64,000 bases of DNA from Bigelowiella natans CCMP2755 (GCA_000320545.1 ADNK01000555.1:33335-97334); one strand, 5' to 3'; numbered from the stretch's first letter, positions 1-13,906 are shown. Made by a program: numbers and translations. The notes: generated by a model from the letters alone, not told the origin.

Positions 1-2854
1 TTTAAGCATTTAAGCTTACAGGCGATGACGTCTTTCTCAGTAGAAGACTCTTGGCTTCGAACGGAGGTAATATAGTCTCCATACTGAAGTCCTGGTGCAC
101 GCACCCAACAGTGATCATCGTCAATTTGCACGACTAAGGGATGGGTGCTTTTCTCCAACCGGACTTGAGGCAGATAGGAAGCAGACTCAATCCCAACGTA
201 CACTTCACATCGTAACGTAATGGATGCCCGCCCTCGAGTCGAAGGCATGAACTCACGGAGCCCGACGTGTGGCGATCCGGAGATCTTTCCTGTGATTGGG
301 TGAACATTGATGACAGGTAGGCCATGGATATTGACGTTTCCTGTCGCCATATCGTACTCCACAGGCAGCTGGTTAGTGCTGCTGCAGTCCAAGTTAACGG
401 AGAACTGTCCCTCGATGTCCTTGACCTTGTTCGTGCTGTACTCAACTCTGTCCAGAGCGCCTAGCTTGACGGGTACGACGATTGGCTGACCAACTGTGAC
501 GCGGATCGAGGCGGATGGCTCAAACGTAATCGTTTGTGGCTTGGATGGTGGGTAAGCGAAAACAGACACCTGCAAAGAGTGTTTTTGCAGCCCTGAAACT
601 GCGGTGACGTAACAGCTGCTACGCATAACAGTTTCATGACCCGAGGGTGTCGTAAGGTTATTTGTGAACATCATCCCCTTGTATCGTTCGAAGAGGTCAG
701 CGTAGTCCTTGGCCGTCGAGGTATCCTTCAGGTAGATAATCCCCGTCTTCTCGTCAATCGCTACAAAGCTCTTTGGCGCGCATGTCATCGAGTATTTGTA
801 ATTAGCAGCTTTTGACGGCGCCCAAACAGGTTGGAATTCCCGAGAGAAGCTGTATTCGTCGAAAGTGACTGCCGATCCAATGCCTTTATGGGGAGGGGGT
901 GATTCGCAAATTAAGTACAACCACACGTATCTAAAGTAATGGTACAGACATGTACAGACATACAGAACGTGATTGTAGAAGACAAAAGGAAAGAGGTTGT
1001 ATATGTTTTCTTCTACCATAGCTTGGGTTGTCAGTCGAAGAGTAGCCAAACGAGTGAATAGTGATCTCAATCGTGTGATTGGTATCGATGTACTTTGGAT
1101 TCAACTTATTCGACTCTGAAACTGATGGATTCCGTGCGGTAACCGTGCATTTTACAGCGAAGGGTTCATCGTGCATTGGGGTTCCAGAGATTACACCGGT
1201 GTTTCCTAAGGTATTAAGAAGATACGGTAGTAACTGAAGCAATTATGATAACAATGACAGAACAGTAATCGTAAAAATTACTAATAATATAGACTAGTCT
1301 ACCACACAATCCTAACAAATTACCGTCCATGGTGAGATTGAATTTGGCCAGTTCACAGTCTTTCGAGAGAATATACGACTTTGCAGTGCGAGGAACCTAT
1401 AATTTCAGAATATCGATTGATGCAGCGAGTAGTGAATGCTGAATACTGAATCGAAAAGCTACCCCCATTCTATACTTTACGTGGAAACGCTTTAGGAGTC
1501 ATGATTAGTTGTTGATTGTAAAAGAGTCACACTTACCGGCACCGCCTTAAACTCAGAACCTACTAAGCCCATACCATTCGTACGCTCCATGTAATACCTG
1601 TAAAATTGCCAAATTTGAATAGAAAATCGCCATAAATACATAAGCCTTCTAAGAGAGGTCGATCATCATTACTCGAAAGGAGTTCCGGAGTGAAGTCCTC
1701 CACCGCAGGCGCAGCAGGCCTCTGCAGGAGAAAGCCCCTTGTATCTTGATATAGAAACAACACATAGACACCCAAAACAGTTCACTTGTAAGATGGAATA
1801 TTCAAAGGAGCACTAGGTGAAATAATCGGGAAAACCAGAGGCTAACTACGGAGCACCATTTCGATATAATTCGTTCTTCAGTACAGTTTTACAACACGGG
1901 TTGGATATAAATCTAGATAACTTATCTATACTTATAATCAGCTAAAGATTCTTTTCCAGGGGCTGGTCTTCCACCATAGCACCATCCTCTGAGCGCATAA
2001 GTTGCGCACGAATGACCGTCTTTGTCCAGGAACCGTCTGTCATTCTTGCACTTGATGCACCTCTGATCGATCATCTGGTATCCGCCGAAACACTTGTTAC
2101 ATCCACCGTTGCCGTACTCCTCGCAGCCACTATGAATGATTGAACAAGAAGGGTATATCAAGTGGGTATCTCAAAATTTTCCATTCGAAATATTTCTCTG
2201 AAACTATTTTTTACCGCACCTGCAGGCAAGAGAAGATTCTTCCTTATCGAATTCGTTCGGACAGCATGTTTGATGCACCTTCTTGCCAACAAAGGAAAAA
2301 ATGGTGCTCTCAGAGCCGGACTTACATGTGCAGGGACCTTCAGTCTGTGTCGTATCGCAATAGTATGACACAGCTGATGCCTCGCCTCCTTCAGCTGTCA
2401 AAACGTGGAAGCCTGTGGATGTGGTAAGAGATTATGAGTTGCAGGGATAGCACCAAGAATATTCTTTATCAAATCAGAACAGATGTGTCTGGGTGTGTAT
2501 GTCTTTGTGTGTGATTTCTTGTCGGTATAACGACGACAGAGAGTACATTGAAGTGTGATGCTGTGACTTTCAGCATAAAAACTTACCAGGAAAGTTAGGA
2601 CCATCTGCTGGGCAGGTTTCAAATACTCTCTTCTGATGATGCTTCTTGGATACGGCGCTAGAGCCATGCGGATTCGCTCTCAGTGGCTGAGATACCGAAA
2701 TCACAGAATCTATCGCAGACTCCATCGCAGTTTCATTTTGATGTGGCTTCAACGCAGATTGCTTCTGAAACCAGTGCGCATCAATCGTGGGCACACCCAA
2801 AAGAATAGAAGCCAGAAGGGCCAAGCCCCTAGCCGGCTCCCGAACTGAACGCAT
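1..2854 (-). CDS. Large secreted/surface protein with Cys-rich region and putative Ig-like (He_PIG/cadherin-like) repeats; multi-exon, 3' end beyond the left edge
   Basis: ATG at 2854 gives MRSVREPARGLALLASILLGVPTIDA (signal peptide). Cys-rich exons at about 2220-2400 (CDTTQTEGPCTC) and 1925-2160 (GCNKCFGGYQMIDQRCIKC). Ig-like motifs TGVISGTP (about 1180-1200), IDEKTGII and HPITGKISGSP lie in a long open exon running to position 1. Exons are flanked by GT-AG. Confidence 0.7.
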
Positions 2855-3341
2855 GAAAGGTTGGGGCCGCAGACGTTTGATATTTGATCCATTTGAGTCC
2901 GTTGGTGCAGGCCCTGATCAGTGATCAATGTAACGCACAACGTGTTTTCATGTCGCTCTATGATAACGTCTTCATATTTCGTCCATGAACGTCATAACCT
3001 CTTTGTCGTTCTGTGTGAAAAGCTGAATTTTCGGAGGGAACGGGTTTGGTTTTCCGCTCGGCGGAACCGGTAAACACATTTAATTTTTCGCAACTGTTCC
3101 CTGATATCCCGTTGGTATTCCAGGTAGATCTATTCCATCGTTGTGAGGATGGGTACCTGCAAACGCCGCCGCAGCCACTGTGTGTTTTTGAAGGGATGTC
3201 GCACAGCATAAATTGAGGTGTTATTTCTCAATAAATATTAAATACAAAAATACCGGTACATCTTCGTGTTGTACGAGTACTGGCTACTGGATTTTTCCTG
3301 GAGTGTGTTGTGGTCTTTTTTCCTGACGTCTCTCCGCCGAG

Positions 3342-3698
3342 ATGGATGTTGGACCTGTGCTCTCGGCTACACTCCGAAGCGTTCTTCCATGGTATATTCT
3401 CTGGCTGGTCGACCACACTGTGGTTTTCTTTGTCCTCCTCGCGATCTCCGCGATGGTAGCAGTGCGCTTTTTAGCCAGCTATGCCAGTATGATGTACAGG
3501 GTGTTGGGGCTAGGAATCACCGTGGGGTTCATCGTAGCACATGTAGGAGCGATGTCGACGGCCTGGTTTGCGCTCGGTAAGGATGCAGGGGTTGTTCAGG
3601 TGGTAGGGACTCTCATAAAAGCGGCTACCCTGCCTACTCGACTATCTATACAAGTGATACTATCTCCATTCAGTTCAATTATTAGCACAGCAAGGTAA
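3342..3698 (+). CDS. Small hydrophobic multi-pass membrane protein (hypothetical)
   Basis: 118-aa ATG-initiated ORF with 2-3 hydrophobic segments (VVFFVLLAISAMVAV, VLGLGITVGFIVAHVGAM), divergent from the preceding gene. No family recognised. Confidence 0.4.
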   Translation: MDVGPVLSATLRSVLPWYILWLVDHTVVFFVLLAISAMVAVRFLASYASMMYRVLGLGITVGFIVAHVGAMSTAWFALGKDAGVVQVVGTLIKAATLPTRLSIQVILSPFSSIISTAR

Positions 3699-3810
3699 TC
3701 ATGAGAGATGTGTGGTGGTGAGAACGATGACGACAACGCCGAAAACGGCTGCGAATGAAAGCTTTTATATGATAAAGTAGACACATGAGTATGCACATAC
3801 TCATAGCTTT

Positions 3811-3848
<38 letters not shown>

Positions 3849-4163
3849 AACCTTCGCGCTTCCCTTTCTGCTCGATTCAGAACTGTCGCGGGAATAGTTG
3901 CTAGCCCTATGCTGAAGATTATTCATGTGCAATGGCACCTATTGTTGGGTGTAGCACACGCACTTCTACGGGAAACAATTCTGGGCTTTAGTATGACTGT
4001 GGTGCTCCTTTACTATCATTGCAAGGCAAGATTTGTCCATAATGCTTGCATCATGTTTCGAATTCTATATTTGATGGCCTCCGTATGTTTGTGTGGTTTT
4101 TCCTAAAGTAACGACGTGTGTTTCGCTTGAAACTGTGCACCATATACCATTGTGCCAAGCCCG

Positions 4164-4250
<87 letters not shown>

Positions 4251-5669
4251 ATGTGGGTGAAATAAAACTGTGTCACCACTGCTACATACAAGAGCGCAAC
4301 TCACTGTCAACTTTCATCACGTGCAGTCCTCTAGAGCGGCACCTTTAGTTCTAGCAGTATGCGCTGAGATCGAGAATGGGGGTGAGTTACACACACACAC
4401 ACACTTCGAGACCATAAGTATTATCTATTTATCGCGTAATGTTTTGAATTTGTATTCCAACTCTCTAATTTCTGATTTTAAGTCGAACTGAAATTATTTT
4501 TGCATGATTAAGAGGATGTACTCGCATATTTGCGATAAATTACTTAGTCACCTCCAAGAAGTCATCCTCGATACAATATTCCTCCCCGAAATCTCGAATA
4601 AACTCTAGTGGCGCCGCAATAAAGGGGAACCAAAAGCCCAATGTACAAAAGATGTCAGCCGAATCTAAGGGGCAGCCAAGACCGCATTTATCAAGTGGAA
4701 ATAAGAGGACGACGACAAACACCGCAATACTTCCAAAAACCTTTATAAGCTTGATTCCCAAAATTCTCCCGGGCTTCGTTCTCACTTTGATAAGGATTGT
4801 TACCTCATTCATTAGAATAATAAGCACGCCATTATCATCACCACCTTCTCCAACTCATCATAGACTGTCTTTGCTATCGTTCAAGGGCTCATCAGCATCC
4901 TATCCGATTGAATCTTGTCATTGCCACAATACTTGCCCTTGCTCTGCATCCTATTCGGGATTTTGTCATACTTGGACTTGTACTAAGGTTTTTGGGTTTG
5001 GAGCTTTTTGTTGCCGTTGTGGATCATAATAAAATGATATAGATGACTATTTAGTGTAGAGATCAAGATTGTATGTATTAATCGACATCAAATGTGGCGA
5101 TGGCATGCTGAGCTACACTGTGGCTGTAGTATCTAAGCGAGCAAAGGCACGAAATATGGGCGCGCTGAATGCATCGTTGCCTCGCAATTTTGCAAATTGA
5201 TCGAGTCGCGCTTATTGACTGCAGAAATGTCCCAGCAACTGTGGCTCATGCCACGCCCGATGCATCCATCACATACCATGTGCATACGGCTTGTGTCGTC
5301 TAGGGTCTACTAGTCTAATCTACAACAATGAATACAGTGACATGCAACACATCAACTATTTTGCCACTGCTAGACTGTGCAGCATCATGCTAGCATGCAC
5401 GTCTTTCAAACCATCGATGATCTCAGATTTCATCACACACCGGGTAGCACAATGAGCAATCATATCACATCCATGTTTTTCTTCTAGCTAGTTCTGGACG
5501 GCACACCATGCAGGTACAACTAAGACAACTTCACGTTCGCAGTTGCACACACGCCACACATGCCACTGATCACCGCAACCATTTGTGCGCGAATGCTCGA
5601 AGCTTCCAAAATGCCCATATTCACCACGTGATGCTCACTGTCACAATCAAGTGCTACAATTGTTGCTAT

Positions 5670-5977
5670 TTGTTGATCATTGTCGACTCAAACAACACGA
5701 AGCGAAATCACCCATGCTAGCATGCAATCGTGAGCGATGAGAATTTGCAATTGACGACCCCACGTGCGAAGTGTTTGCTGCTGTGCACACATGCTGCCGT
5801 CATTGTCACGACACACACTAGACACACCAGATGATGTCGTGCATTGCCACCTTGTCACGATCAACGTGCAGCAAGTGAAATCACGTCAGTCCAACTGTGT
5901 GCATCACAACAATGCGAAGTCTGCATGAGGGTAGGGTTCACCACTTTTTGCCCATGACTTGCATGCACGGTGACACA

Positions 5978-6016
<39 letters not shown>

Positions 6017-6615
6017 CACAGACCAACACACGTGACATCCATCACACACACACGCCTAGACGCGCCCGCGCGCGCGAGGGAGCGTGCACGTGTGGGTGCA
6101 CTGACATGGTCGCGTTCATCAATTGCACTCCCTCCCAGCTCTGGAGACAGCACAGCTCTGTTGATTGCCTTGGCGATGCAACTTCTTCGTTCATCATGCA
6201 GAGCAAAAAACAATGGGAAAATTGGAAACGGGTTGCAATGCACGGCATCGCCAACTGATGATTGACACCACACAATTGTCTCACTTGAAGGCAAAAAAGA
6301 AGAGCTTGTCCAAAGCTTGCAATTGGCAAGAAAGAAGTTCCTCGTCTTGGAACGCAGCACCCCATCGAATCGCATGGTTCAGGATCAGCGATCCTGCTGC
6401 TGTTCACTGCTCCTTCAGTTCGCGCCGGGATTTGCATTTTGAGCGAACCTCATGCTAGCATGGGGTCAAAAGAGGAAACTAGGATTGCCAAATGGGGAAG
6501 AGCATGCACCTGTAGCAGTCCACCATGAGAGAATGATCCCTGTGCACACACCGTGAAGTGCAACGAGTTGCAAAACACAACCATTGAACATCGAACATTG
6601 AAAGAAGCATTGATC
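5670..6615. other. TpA-depleted (CA/TG-rich) intergenic island 1
   Basis: Hand count: 7 TA dinucleotides in about 945 bp (5 CTAG, 2 GTAG), none between about 6060 and 6455. CpG is abundant. Confidence 0.85.
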
Positions 6616-6974
6616 AACTAACTCACCCAGTCCATTTGAAATGTATTTCACTCTGGCAATTTTTTTACGTTTTTCCTAGGATGAATAAAATACAATAATA
6701 TTTGCCACAGATGATTGTTGTTTTGGTACTGTGGTGGTTGAAGCGGCATTTCGTGTTTTCAGTGGTTTCTTCTAGGTCAAAATTATGTTTATTATTCTCT
6801 TTTTTACATGGCTGACTACTCGTAATCAATCATCATTCGGAATCATCGGCACAATGGCTGCTTGCCTGAAGGACGACACAAGGAAATGATGTGTTAGTTT
6901 ACTTCCGTCCCCCCCAATCCAAAATTATCTTTAGTTAAGGCTTTCAGGAAAATAGTGCCCCGCTTCTCGTTCCG

Positions 6975-8917
6975 ATGGTGACTATCATTCGGTGGGCGAT
7001 GGGGTCTGCTTTTCTCTGGCTCATTACCGGCGTAGCTGCAGCACTCAACGAACATGATGCTGGAGGGCTCTCTTTGTCGCTAAAGCAATCGCTCAGGCTG
7101 CGTGGTGGGGGGCGCACGACTTACGTACGCCCCCTTCCGCACACGGGTCCAACTGTTGGGCTTGGGGGCGTTGATCCAAGCGACAATAGAGTGGTAGTTT
7201 TGGGATGAGAACAAAAATAATAGCAGAGATGTGCATTGCTTGACGAGAACTGTTGTGCAGTGCTGCTAAATTTCGCGTACCCTCCCATTCGCGTATGTAC
7301 GCGCGCGTCAATGTTTGTGCATGTGCATGTTTATGTGTGAGTGTGTGGGTGTGTCGGTGTGTTTCCGAGAGGAAGGGTGGGGGGGGAGGAGCGGTAGATA
7401 GACTCCTCCAATGATACAACCGGGCTTCATTTCTTCTAATTAATCTTATAAATTACAGCTTGGGTCGGATATTTGGAGAGTGCGAAAGACTTTCATACGA
7501 GACAACATGAGAGAAACACGGTCTACCTAACATTGATGCAGAGTGCTTCCATCCTTGCCTCATAAAACTTGTTTTTACTCATCCTATCTTGTTCAGCCCC
7601 CTCCCCGCAGTGAAAGTACTCTCCCTGCAGCTAGAAGAACCATGGTACATTGACGCTGATAAATAAATCGTGCATCCAGTAACGATGATGTTGAGTTGCT
7701 GCTCTTTCCTCCACAGTTTATAAAAACGATATGTTGTTGATTCGTAACACACAGGGGGTTGGAGCTAGAGCCGAGAGAAAGCAGCTTGGGAGCGGTGATT
7801 CCTGTGGCTTATGTGATGTGATTGCTGTCACTGATAAGTGAAGTGAATCATAGAGAAAGGATTCCACATGTAATGTGTTATATTCCCTGCGCAATTTTGT
7901 GTTGTTTAGATTGTGAAATCGATCGACCCAGCCGGCCAAGCCGCCAACTTCAAAAAGGTATAGAGTGGGGGTGTGGTTATGTATACTACATACATGCATT
8001 AATCGGTAATAATCTAAGAAGTTAGATGAAGTACAGTACTTAAGTAAAGAATCCACCCTAAAAGAATTTATGGGTCACCAATCGCCAGCCCCCGCCTAAA
8101 TACCTTTTCTTCTCCAGGTAAAAGTCGGTATGCATGTATTGTCAATAAATGGTGAGGATGTGAGGCTACGAGTGTGGACAAGCATCCAAAGGTTTCTTCA
8201 AGAAAAATAAACCCCATGATGTGTTTCTTTCGCGTCGAACAGACGATGATTATCATCGTAACGAACATGGCCATACGAATATCATTAGACACATTGACCG
8301 CTGCAAGGAGAAAGGTGGCGCTATTTCCTTTCAGCTGCTGGATCCGTCCTACGTCGCTGGTGGGGAAAAGGTCATCTCGCTGTCGTCGTCGTCTGTTACC
8401 AATTGTGTTTATTTGCATGGAACTATCGTGTAAGTATTATTCTTCAAAGTCATCGTCACCATCATCACCATCATCAAAGCAGATAAGGTTGCGGATGCGA
8501 AGGCCTTTGGGACTTGAGTTGGCGGAGGACACAAACCCGCAGATAAACAACAAACTTGTCGGCACAAAGGTGGTGGTGGTGGTAGGCAATAGCAACAGCA
8601 GCAGTAGCAGTAGTGGTGTGTATAATTTAGTGTGTGCTTATCATTATCATATTTCTGAATATCCTTCTGGAGAGGAGAAACTCATGCAACGCATCTATAT
8701 ACGTCCCCTCGTTTCTCCATCTTCTCTTCCCTGTACCACCCCTCTGTTGATGCACGTACTGTGTGGTGGATGCTCTCTGATGTCAGGTCGCTAGGCTGGT
8801 GAGTGGCGGAAGTGCTCTTTCACAAGGTATCACAACGGCGCTAGGAAGAACGATAATACGATAACAATGATAGTGATATTATCCTCAATTCAACTGGATG
8901 ATGCGTTTTTTTGTTTG

Positions 8918-8954
<37 letters not shown>

Positions 8955-9085
8955 TCCTCGTCTTCATTGTCGTGCTTCCTATTTGCTACCGTCAGGGCAA
9001 GTGCGGGTTGGGATGAGGATACTCTCTGTCAATAACATCACAGCAGATCGAGCGACACCTGCCGATGTGACGTTAAACATAAATG

Positions 9086-9116
<31 letters not shown>

Positions 9117-9128
9117 TTCATTTATATA

Positions 9129-9164
<36 letters not shown>

Positions 9165-9431
9165 GATGACCATTTGTCAATGTCCAGATACGTCTATTCT
9201 TACGAGAGGAATGCGGCAAAGATAACCAGAAGGCGTGTGCATATGTGACATCACAATGACGAAACTATAGCTATTCTAAAGCATACACAGATTATTATAA
9301 TATTCCCTTGGCACACACAGGTGGATATCGAGTTCAGTACACCGTTTTATGTTAAGGGAGAGACTTTGAATGTCTCGCTGCCAAAGGTAGTCGTCGTCAT
9401 CTGATCTATTAGAAGGAAGAAGAAAGGAGTC

Positions 9432-9464
<33 letters not shown>

Positions 9465-9629
9465 TAATGATGATGATGATGGTGATGATGATGATGATGA
9501 TGGGAAGATCAAGGATAGAGGGAGAATGCTTCAGAACGAGATGATGCACTTTAGAATCAAACTTCAACACAGCTATCAGTGACATACGCGCACACGTGCG
9601 CACACACCCACACACACAGGCGTAGAGAG

Positions 9630-9668
<39 letters not shown>

Positions 9669-9683
9669 CTTGTATATTGCACA

Positions 9684-9725
<42 letters not shown>

Positions 9726-10355
9726 ACCAATGTCGGCCTCTCTCTCTCTCTTTCTCTTCGCAGCCACTTGGACTTGAGCTTGAGGAAGACAAGGCTACAG
9801 GGGAGGTGTGTGTAGATGTGTGTGTGGATGTGTGTGTGTGTGGACGTGTGTGTGGTTGCATTTTCTTTATCTCCCCTTACCTCTCCTTACCGCCAATCGG
9901 ATAATTAATATAGGTTTTTGTACGCAAAGTCTTGAAGGAAGGTCAAGTCGCCATCAGCTTTCCTCCTTCCTTTCTTGTCCCCCTCCCCCCCCAACCGTGA
10001 AACGCGACGTGCCATCCCCTTCCCCCTTTTCGAATTATTGCGTGTTTGGTTTTTTGCTCGAAACGAACATTAACGACGACCGATGGTAGGGTCAGCATGT
10101 GCGGTGGCAGGGAACGCCATCGTGCCTGGGATGCATATATGCTCTGTACAAGGCATCGACGTGCTATTGAGAGGCGTGGCCACAGTCAAAGCGGTCTATT
10201 ATATTAGTAGTGAGGGGGGGGGGGTGGGAGGAAGCATTCAACAGTTTCATTGTGAGGAATGATCTACTCGCTGTACTAAGCTAGGGGGCGGGAAGCAGAT
10301 AGATTATAAATGCTCGTTGGTTTGAAAAACAACTCGCTGCTGCGATGATGATGAC

Positions 10356-10389
<34 letters not shown>

Positions 10390-10856
10390 CGTTGAGCGTC
10401 TACGTCGTACGTGACGACGCGGATCGGCTAGCACTGCATACACACATCAATCGAATACATTACTGACAAAGCTACTGCTGCTGCTGCTGCTGCAACTACT
10501 ACTACTACTACAAATGCGACTATTTCTATCTAGATTCTGTCTTCTGTGCCGCCGAGCGAAAAGGTACAGCTATGTTTGCAGATGTTGCGGCAAAATCCGG
10601 GCAGTAGTAGTAGCAGCACCAGCTCTTCATCACCAACCCAAGGGATGACGATGGGGTTTCTCGCCCCTCTCGAAAAGGCGCGCCCACTTCCAAGAATCTC
10701 GAAGGGAAGGCTTCTTGCCTTAAATCTATCAACACCATTAGGTTGTATCAGTAGTAGTAGCAGTAGTAGGTAGCGCAGCAGTGTAAGTTGAAGTGCTTTA
10801 GATTTCGCCAAAGGCAGCGGCAGTGGCAGTAGTAGTAGTAGTAGTAGTACAGTAGC

Positions 10857-10887
<31 letters not shown>

Positions 10888-12001
10888 TAGTAGTGTGATG
10901 TGGTGGTAGTAGTAGAAGTTGATCTAAATTGCATCGAATACACAGGCATGGTTTTCTCTGCACGAACGCCCGAGGGCCTCGGTGCGAAGCTGGTGGAGCA
11001 TCTCGAGAACTCTCGCGTTCCTGAGGGACTGCTCAAAGTCGAGTCCACGCTCGAGGAAGGTGATGGCCAACTCCTAGACCTGTCGTTATTGTTGTTATAA
11101 TAATAAGTCGTGGTAAATGCGGCCACACGCTTGTGTTGGGTGCTCCGCTGGCACAGCAATGATACTCTATTTCTTGCACCGTCGTCAGTTGAGGGCATTG
11201 ACGTGCGTAACCGCTCTCTGGACACCGTGCAGCGCCTAATACAGAACGCGTTCAATCCGAAATGCGTGACGTTAAAATTCCGGTGAGCAATTAAGTAGCA
11301 GCAGCCCTTCTCCTTGCGCTTCTTCCCCCTTCTTTCGACAACTAGTGTGTGTAGTACTCCCTAGCATTCTTCTTCGTGTATACCGCATCGTCATCATCGT
11401 CATCGTTGACAAGATTCATGAGAGGATATATGACCGAGTTCTACTGTGCTTTCTTCCTTTGTGCAGATTACCCCCAGACCATGGTTCCATCTTGCTGTCT
11501 GAGCAGCTTCTAGACGGCGTTCTCACGGAGGTCGGTTCTCTATGCGTATAGTTATGGGAGTTGGTGAAAGAAAGAATAGGCTAGCGAAAAGGGAATTGGA
11601 ATCTCCAATTTGCTACTAGCTGCTCCTTTAAACGACACACTCCCCTCTCCTCCTTCTCCTTCTTTTTCTTCTTCCTACGGCATTATTGTTGTACACTCTT
11701 TTCTGCATCTCTGCACCGTATTATTAGATGGAGGGAAATTCCCCCTCGGAAAAAGCACGACATATAGTGGCGCGAATCGAGCCTATTTTTTCATCGCCGA
11801 GAAACCTCAGTTTATTCCTTAAGAGCGTGCGGACATTAACGCTGATGATCGAAGGCAAAGCGTATGAGGGGTAAGTGACGACGCAAGGGGTAGATGCTAG
11901 AAGGGAGAGCGAGAAAGACAAAGAGAGTAAGAACGACATTCCTGTATCATCAACATCATGATTACGAGCGGAGCTGAAGATGTGAATACCATGCTTGCAT
12001 C

Positions 12002-12052
<51 letters not shown>

Positions 12053-12391
12053 CTTATATATATTTATGGATGATAGAGAAGTAAGAAGCCCTCGTGGGAG
12101 GATCGGTGGCCCTTCGATGGTGGTAATGGCAAAGCAAACATTCAAATAATAAATTGTAACGATTCCTGCAAATGTTGCATAGCATCCATCGTGCTGAAGG
12201 GGGGGGGGGGGGGGCATGTATGTTCGTTGTATTATTACCTGTTCTCGCCTTCTCATTTCCATTGATTTCAGGCTTAGCGAGTGCACGACGAAGGGCATTT
12301 CCCCGGTCCGTGAATAGTCGCACAAATATCAGTCGCTACACGCTCCTATGCTATCAACGGGAGCTTGTCATCGACGCGGTTCAAAAGGTAG

Positions 12392-12425
<34 letters not shown>

Positions 12426-12881
12426 GGAGAAGAAGAAGGCTTGACAACGTTTTCCCTTCGTGTGGATGCGTTGATCTCGTATACGTTCTTATTCGCGCGC
12501 ACACACACACACACACACACGCTTTGTCCTCTACATTTTTGCGCATTTCTGTTGGAATATCAGGCGCAGGAAAAGTACAATCGGTCGAATTTCCTACTGA
12601 AAGTTGGCGGTGAGTGATGATGATGATGATGATGATATTCTTCCTGCCGTAAACCATGTGTGCGATGTGCGTGCGTGCGTGTGTATGTGTGTGCGTGTGT
12701 GTGTGTGTGTGATGTATATGAGAATCTCTCCTGTGCCATGTGTGCGACTGCAGAAAATTTTGGAAAGCCAATCACGCACACACACACACACACATACGCA
12801 CTCTCTCACGCAAGTATCGCTCCTACCTCTTGCCTCGATTAGATATTATTCATTAAATAATATATACTCCTCATCTCCATC

Positions 12882-12928
<47 letters not shown>

Positions 12929-13025
12929 TTCAAAGGTCCTGAGGCAGACAGCTTTACGAAAAAAGTGTGCGAACAGGTATGCAAAGATGGGGATGGTGAT
13001 AACGATGAATGAGAACGTGTATGTA

Positions 13026-13063
<38 letters not shown>

Positions 13064-13083
13064 CACACACATACGCACGCACA

Positions 13084-13114
<31 letters not shown>

Positions 13115-13555
13115 TATTTCTCATCATGCTCACGTACATCTTCAAATGGCGTTCTCTCTCCCTCCATATCCGCTCCGGTTTCATCAAAAACAGGCGTCCA
13201 AATTCCCACCAGAGCATCGAATGCGGCTCTCCCAGCTCAATGAGCGCATGGTCTCTTTGCTCCTGCACGCACACATTTCAATAATGATGATGGGGAGCGT
13301 ATTCGCGCGCGCGTGCGGCGTGTGTAAAATGGTATTGAATACAAATGGATATAAATGCACGTAGGTGGAAGGAAGACAGCAGCGACAAATTGCAGAGAAG
13401 GAAGAGCAAATGAGTACAAGAATGACCGAGTTTGAGGTATGTTTGTCATAATAACTTGTAAGTCACGATTTCGTCCACAACCATCTACAACTCGGAGAGG
13501 ATGTGAGATTAGTAGCGGTGGGGCATATGCGCTCACAGCTTAGGCTCAATCACTG

Positions 13556-13598
<43 letters not shown>

Positions 13599-13906
13599 TT
13601 ATGAGGGTGAAATTGGATCAGGCGTACGAGCTATATTGGTCTCAACAGAAAGGCGTCTCCAAACGGTATTGTGAATTGTGAAAATCTGCCTTGTGCTTAA
13701 GAAGAGCAACGATGCGGTTCTTCCTGGCGCAGTTTTGTGTCTCTTTGACTATAACCTAAACCAAATCATAGAAAGTTGTCATCGTCATCGTCATCAGTAA
13801 CATCCATCACCATGCGTATCTGTAGGTCGAAGGTGGCTGGCTCTGCCGATTTCAAGATGCACAACGACAATTGGCTGGCAGGATTCTAGCAGGGCAAAGT
13901 AAATAA
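6975..13906 (+). CDS. Signal-peptide protein with multiple PDZ-like domains and a coiled-coil tail (multi-exon)
   Basis: N-terminal MVTIIRWAMGSAFLWLITGVAAA, then SLRLRGG. PDZ-type carboxylate-loop motifs RRPLGLELAED (about 8497) and PLGLELEED (about 9764). PDZ C-halves GQVRVGMRILSVN (about 8996), IVPGMHICSVQGIDV (about 10119) and VEGIDVRNRSLDTVQRLI (about 11188). The last exon VEGGWLCRFQ...GQSK ends at TAA 13904-13906. Exon joins are partly inferred. Confidence 0.65.

Noticed and set aside
4540-5029. Overlapping ORFs on both strands
   Set aside because: No recognisable motif; the minus frame is interrupted by stops upstream. Possibly a decayed gene, but unsupported.
5100-6650. CpG-methylation decay or fungal RIP as the cause of the CA/TG-rich islands
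   Set aside because: CpG is plentiful in the islands, and RIP would increase TpA. The missing dinucleotide is TpA.
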